From Xanthobacteraceae bacterium (GTDB lineage: Bacteria; Pseudomonadota; Alphaproteobacteria; Rhizobiales; Xanthobacteraceae), in NCBI GenBank assembly GCA_035259885.1, contig DATFWC010000303.1, forward strand, positions 1 to 49,565: a stretch of 49,565 bases of DNA. The letters are read 5' to 3'. The notes under the pieces are model-generated. The model worked only from the letters and a program-made list of their open reading frames with translations. It did not search any database and was not told the origin of the DNA. The position numbers were made by a program, and so were the translations under genes. This document shows positions 46,295 to 49,565 of the stretch, piece after piece (the first letter of the stretch is position 1; every line of letters starts with the position of its first letter).

Positions 46295-47310
46295 TGCGCC
46301 CGCGTATCTTCGTCACCCAGCCGATCGCCGACAGCGCGCTCAAGCGCCTGCGCGAGCTGGCGTCGGTCAAGGTCAATCCCGACGCCAGCCGTGTGCCGCG
46401 CAAGCGCGACCTCATGGCGGCGGCGCGGGCGTGCGACATCCTGTTCAGCCGCCTGCACGACCGCATCGACCGCGACGTGCTCACCGCCAATCCCAAGCTG
46501 CGCGCGCTCTGCTCGATGACGATCTCGCCCGACGCCATCGACGTCGCGGCAGCGACCGAACTCGGCATTCCGGTCACCGTGATCCCGCCAATGGTGGGCG
46601 AGGCGACCGCCGACATCACGTTCGGGCTGATGCTGGCGGTGGCCCGCCGCATCCTGGAAGGCGACCGCCTGGTGCGCAAAGCCGTGTTTCCGGGCGGCCA
46701 GTCGAACTACCTCACCGGCTCGCACGTCTACGGCAAGACGCTCGGCCTGGTGGGCGGTGGCGGGCGCATCGGCAAGGCGGTGGCGCGGCGCGCGCGCGGC
46801 TTCGCCATGCGCCTCCTGTACTGGACGCCGCGGCGCAAGCCGGAAGCCGAGGAACGCGAGGCCGGCCTCACCTATGCGGCGTTCGACCAGCTCCTGGCCG
46901 AGTCCGACTTCGTGTCGCTGCACTCGCCGCTCACGCCAGAGACGCGGCACCAGATCGGCGCGCGCGAGCTCAAGCTGATGAAGAAGACCGCCTATCTCAT
47001 CAACACGGCGCGCGGACCGATCGTCGACGAGGCGGCCCTGGTGCGCGCACTGGCTCGGCGGCAGATCGCCGGCGCTGGTCTCGACGTGTTCGAGCACGAG
47101 CCCAAGGTCGAGCGCGCGCTGACCAAGATGCCCAACGTGGTCCTGACGCCCCATCTCGGCAGTGCCGTCACCGATCTACGCGAGGAGATGGCGCACGTGG
47201 TGGTCGACAACATCGTCGCTGTGCTGGAAGACCGCGTGCCGCCCAACTGCATCAACCCGCAGGTGCTGGCGGAGCCGGCGGCCGTGGCCGTGGCGCGCGC
47301 CGCCCAGTAG
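46294..47310 (+). CDS. D-isomer-specific 2-hydroxyacid dehydrogenase (glyoxylate/hydroxypyruvate reductase-like)
   Basis: Track ORF 45880..47310, trimmed to MRPRIFVTQP.... The ATG overlaps the upstream stop (TGATG). GLVGGGGRIGKAV, NTARGPIVDE, LDVFEHEP, TPHLGS. Confidence 0.85.
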   Translation: MRPRIFVTQPIADSALKRLRELASVKVNPDASRVPRKRDLMAAARACDILFSRLHDRIDRDVLTANPKLRALCSMTISPDAIDVAAATELGIPVTVIPPMVGEATADITFGLMLAVARRILEGDRLVRKAVFPGGQSNYLTGSHVYGKTLGLVGGGGRIGKAVARRARGFAMRLLYWTPRRKPEAEEREAGLTYAAFDQLLAESDFVSLHSPLTPETRHQIGARELKLMKKTAYLINTARGPIVDEAALVRALARRQIAGAGLDVFEHEPKVERALTKMPNVVLTPHLGSAVTDLREEMAHVVVDNIVAVLEDRVPPNCINPQVLAEPAAVAVARAAQ

Positions 47311-47336
47311 CAGAACCGCTGTTTTCGGAGCTCGCC

Positions 47337-48299
47337 ATGGCTCGTCCCCTGATCGCCGTCACTGACAGCGTGTTTCCCAGCCTCGATCCGGCCAAGGCCG
47401 CGCTCAAGCGCATCGATCCGGAGCTGAAGATGGCGAAGAGCGCGGCTGCAGACGATATTCTAGCGGTGGCGCGCGATGCCGACGCCGTGCTCGTCACCTA
47501 CGCGAAGCTCACCGGCGACCTGCTGCGCCAGCTCACGCGCTGCAAGGTGATCGGCCGCTTCGGCCTCGGGGTCGACAACATCGACCTGCCGGCGGCCAAG
47601 GAGATGGGCATCACGGTCACCTATGTGCCCGACTATTGCCTGCAGGAAGTGTCCGATCACGCCATGGCGCTGCTGCTGGCGCTGGCGCGAAAAATCCCCC
47701 TGTCCAATCAGCTGGTACAGGCCGGCCGCTGGGAGATGCCGGCGGTCGTGCCGATCTATCGGCTGGAGGGCCGCGTACTCGGCCTCATCGGCTTCGGCAA
47801 CATCCCGCGCAAGCTGGTGCCCAAGGCGCAGGCGTTCGGCTTGCGCGTGATCACGCACGATCCCTACCTCGCGCCCGACGTGCCCAAGGCGCTCGGCGTG
47901 GAGAGCGTGAGCTTCGACGAGCTCTTGCAAAGAAGCGAGTTCATCTCGGTGCATGCGCCGCTGACGCCGCAGACGCGCGGGCTGGTAAATGCCGCCGCCT
48001 TCACGAAGATGAAGAAGGGCGTGCTTATCGTGAATACCGCGCGCGGCCCGCTGATGGATGAGGCGGCGCTGGTGCAGGCGCTCGATTCCGGCCAGGTCGG
48101 TGGCGCGGCGCTCGACGTACTGGCCACCGAGCCACCGCCCAGAGACTCCCCCCTGCTCGGCCGCGACAACGTGATCCTGTCACCGCACACGGCGTTCTAT
48201 TCGGTCGACGCGCTCAACGAGCTGCAGACCAAATGCGCCAGCGACGTGGCGCGCGTGCTGTCGGGCGAGAAGCCGGTGTATCCCGTGAAGATGCCGTAA
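47337..48299 (+). CDS. D-isomer-specific 2-hydroxyacid dehydrogenase (CtBP/PGDH-like), second copy
   Basis: Track ORF 46146..48299, trimmed to MARPLIAVTD.... GLIGFGNIPRKLV, NTARGPLMDE, LDVLATEP, SPHTAF. Confidence 0.85.
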   Translation: MARPLIAVTDSVFPSLDPAKAALKRIDPELKMAKSAAADDILAVARDADAVLVTYAKLTGDLLRQLTRCKVIGRFGLGVDNIDLPAAKEMGITVTYVPDYCLQEVSDHAMALLLALARKIPLSNQLVQAGRWEMPAVVPIYRLEGRVLGLIGFGNIPRKLVPKAQAFGLRVITHDPYLAPDVPKALGVESVSFDELLQRSEFISVHAPLTPQTRGLVNAAAFTKMKKGVLIVNTARGPLMDEAALVQALDSGQVGGAALDVLATEPPPRDSPLLGRDNVILSPHTAFYSVDALNELQTKCASDVARVLSGEKPVYPVKMP

Positions 48300-48303
48300 C
48301 GCC

Positions 48304-48428
48304 TGTCCCGCGCGCGGTGCAGCGCGCAAGCGGTGCACCGCAGATGCGGGACCCCGGTTCTTCGCGGTAAGCAACCGGGGTCCCGGGTCTGCACCGCATC
48401 ACTCCGTGCTGCGGTGCGCCCGGGACAC
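48304..48428. repeat. REP-B palindromic element, copy 2
   Basis: Same orientation as the copy at 31599 and mostly identical by eye, again at a convergent junction. Confidence 0.85.
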
Positions 48429-48431
48429 GAG

Positions 48432-49202
48432 TCACTCCGCGGTCCAGCCGCCGTCCAACACCAGGGCCGCGCCGGTCATCAGCGACGAGGCGTCGGACGC
48501 CAGGAACACGATCGCACCGGTGATCTCGTCAAGCTGGCCGAGACGGCCGAGCTTGATCTTGGCCAGGACCTCGTTGCGGAACGCCTCGTTCTGGAAGAAC
48601 GGCCGCGTCATCGGGGTCTCCAGAAAGGTCGGCCCAAGGCTGTTGACGCGGATGTTGTGCGGCGCAAGTTCGATCGCCATGGCCTTGGTGAAGCCCTCCA
48701 TGGCGTGTTTCGACGCGCAATAGACGGTGCGCCGCGCCGCCCCCACGTGGCCCATCTGCGACGAGATGTTGATGATCGAGCCGTGCCGCCTGGCCTCGAT
48801 CAGGCGGCGTGCCACCGCCTGCGCCATGAAGAAGGCGGCGCGCACGTTGAGGGCGAAGATGGCGTCAAAATCCTCGACCTTGACCTCCATGAGGTAGGCC
48901 GGTCGGTTGGTGCCGGCATTGTTGACCAGGATGTCGAACGGCTCCGCGGTCGCGACCGCGGAGCGCACGGCGTCGAGATCGGTGACGTCGAGCGTGAGCG
49001 GCTCGGCCGCCTCCCCGCGGGCGCGGATTGCCGCGGCCGCATCCTCGATCTCGGCTTGCGTGCGCGCCGCCACCGTGACGTGTGCACCCGCGGCGGCAAG
49101 CGCCGAGGCGGCCGCCAGCCCGATGCCGCGCCCGCCCCCCGTCACCAGCGCCCGCTTGCCGTCGAGGCGGAAGGACGGAGTTTTCGCGAGATCGGGAGTC
49201 AT
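48432..49202 (-). CDS. Short-chain dehydrogenase/reductase (SDR)
   Basis: ORF track. TGGGRGIG, NNAG, YCASKHA. Confidence 0.9.
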   Translation of the reverse strand: MTPDLAKTPSFRLDGKRALVTGGGRGIGLAAASALAAAGAHVTVAARTQAEIEDAAAAIRARGEAAEPLTLDVTDLDAVRSAVATAEPFDILVNNAGTNRPAYLMEVKVEDFDAIFALNVRAAFFMAQAVARRLIEARRHGSIINISSQMGHVGAARRTVYCASKHAMEGFTKAMAIELAPHNIRVNSLGPTFLETPMTRPFFQNEAFRNEVLAKIKLGRLGQLDEITGAIVFLASDASSLMTGAALVLDGGWTAE

Positions 49203-49233
49203 GTGGTGATCAACTTTTATCCACTCGCTCGGC

Positions 49234-49388
49234 TGTCATCCCGGGCGAGCCGCGCAGCGGCGAGACCCGGGACCCAAGTACCCCGGCATTGGGAAATTAT
49301 CGCGGACGACCCTCGGTGACACAAATCACCACAGGGGTACGTGGGTCCCGGCTCTCGCGCCTGACGGCGCTCGGCCGGGATGACAGCC
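49234..49388. repeat. REP-A element, copy 6 (canonical orientation)
   Basis: CGGCTGTCATCCCGG...CCGGGATGACAGCCG, a 15-bp perfect terminal inverted repeat. Confidence 0.85.
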
Positions 49389-49414
49389 GAGGTGGCAGAC
49401 AGGCGGCTTGCCAA

Positions 49415-49565
49415 TCACTCCGCTGCCTGGGCGTAGCCGATGTTGCGGCCGCCGTAGCGGCGCACGCGCACATTGGCCTGCTCGGCATGAGCATAAAAAC
49501 CCTCGAGGATGCATAGGCGCGAGCAGTACTCGCCGATCAGCGCACTGGCCTCGTCGGTGAGCACC
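49415..49565 (-). CDS. C-terminal end of an unidentified protein (5' part beyond the right edge)
   Basis: My minus-strand translation reads ...[49 protein letters not shown]-stop, with GC-rich third positions. Not in the ORF track because it is open to the edge. Family not recognised. Confidence 0.35.
   Translation of the reverse strand, partial: VLTDEASALIGEYCSRLCILEGFYAHAEQANVRVRRYGGRNIGYAQAAE

Overview
This is a high-GC, gene-dense chromosomal segment. I call about 48 protein-coding genes or gene remnants. I saw no rRNA, tRNA, CRISPR array, transposase or integrase. Bug/TTT solute receptors and GTCATCCCGG-type palindromic intergenic repeats suggest an alphaproteobacterium of the Bradyrhizobium/Rhodopseudomonas type; that is inference only.

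Content from left to right:
- LysR regulator and thiolase.
- S11 D-Ala-D-Ala carboxypeptidase translationally coupled to a COG0523 GTPase.
- FATP-type acyl-CoA synthetase coupled to a DUF924 protein.
- tctCBA transporter plus a DHDPS-family lyase.
- Wzx-like flippase plus a CelD-like GNAT.
- Bug receptor plus an acyl-CoA synthetase.
- CAP-domain lipoprotein and an MscK-like channel.
- Hybrid histidine kinase and an atypical M24-fold protein.
- A small low-GC DUF4160/DUF2442 two-gene cassette at the window centre.
- A putative aromatic-catabolic block: Rieske oxygenase, GST, beta-hydroxyacid dehydrogenase, AbrB-type membrane protein, cupin, FAD monooxygenase, ACMSD-type amidohydrolase and a SnoaL-like protein.
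- A Liv-type ABC importer.
- A decayed ATP-grasp gene coupled to a metallophosphoesterase.
- GlcG and maleylacetoacetate isomerase.
- A LysR-controlled operon: a second atypical M24 protein, a barrel-less PEP-synthase-like protein and two 2-hydroxyacid dehydrogenases.
- An SDR.

At least five kinds of nested palindromic intergenic elements punctuate the transcription units.

The best candidates for something undescribed are:
1. The overlapping DUF4160/DUF2442 cassette with its adjacent gene-decay zone.
2. A unique AT-rich 149-bp nested palindrome placed exactly between livG-like and livF-like genes. It buries the livF-like SD and AUG in a perfect 16-bp stem.
3. The M24-like/PPDK_N-His-swivel/2-HADH operon.

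All family assignments come from motif recognition by eye, with no searches run. Internal start codons were derived by codon offset from the ORF track. Repeat borders may be off by a few nt.
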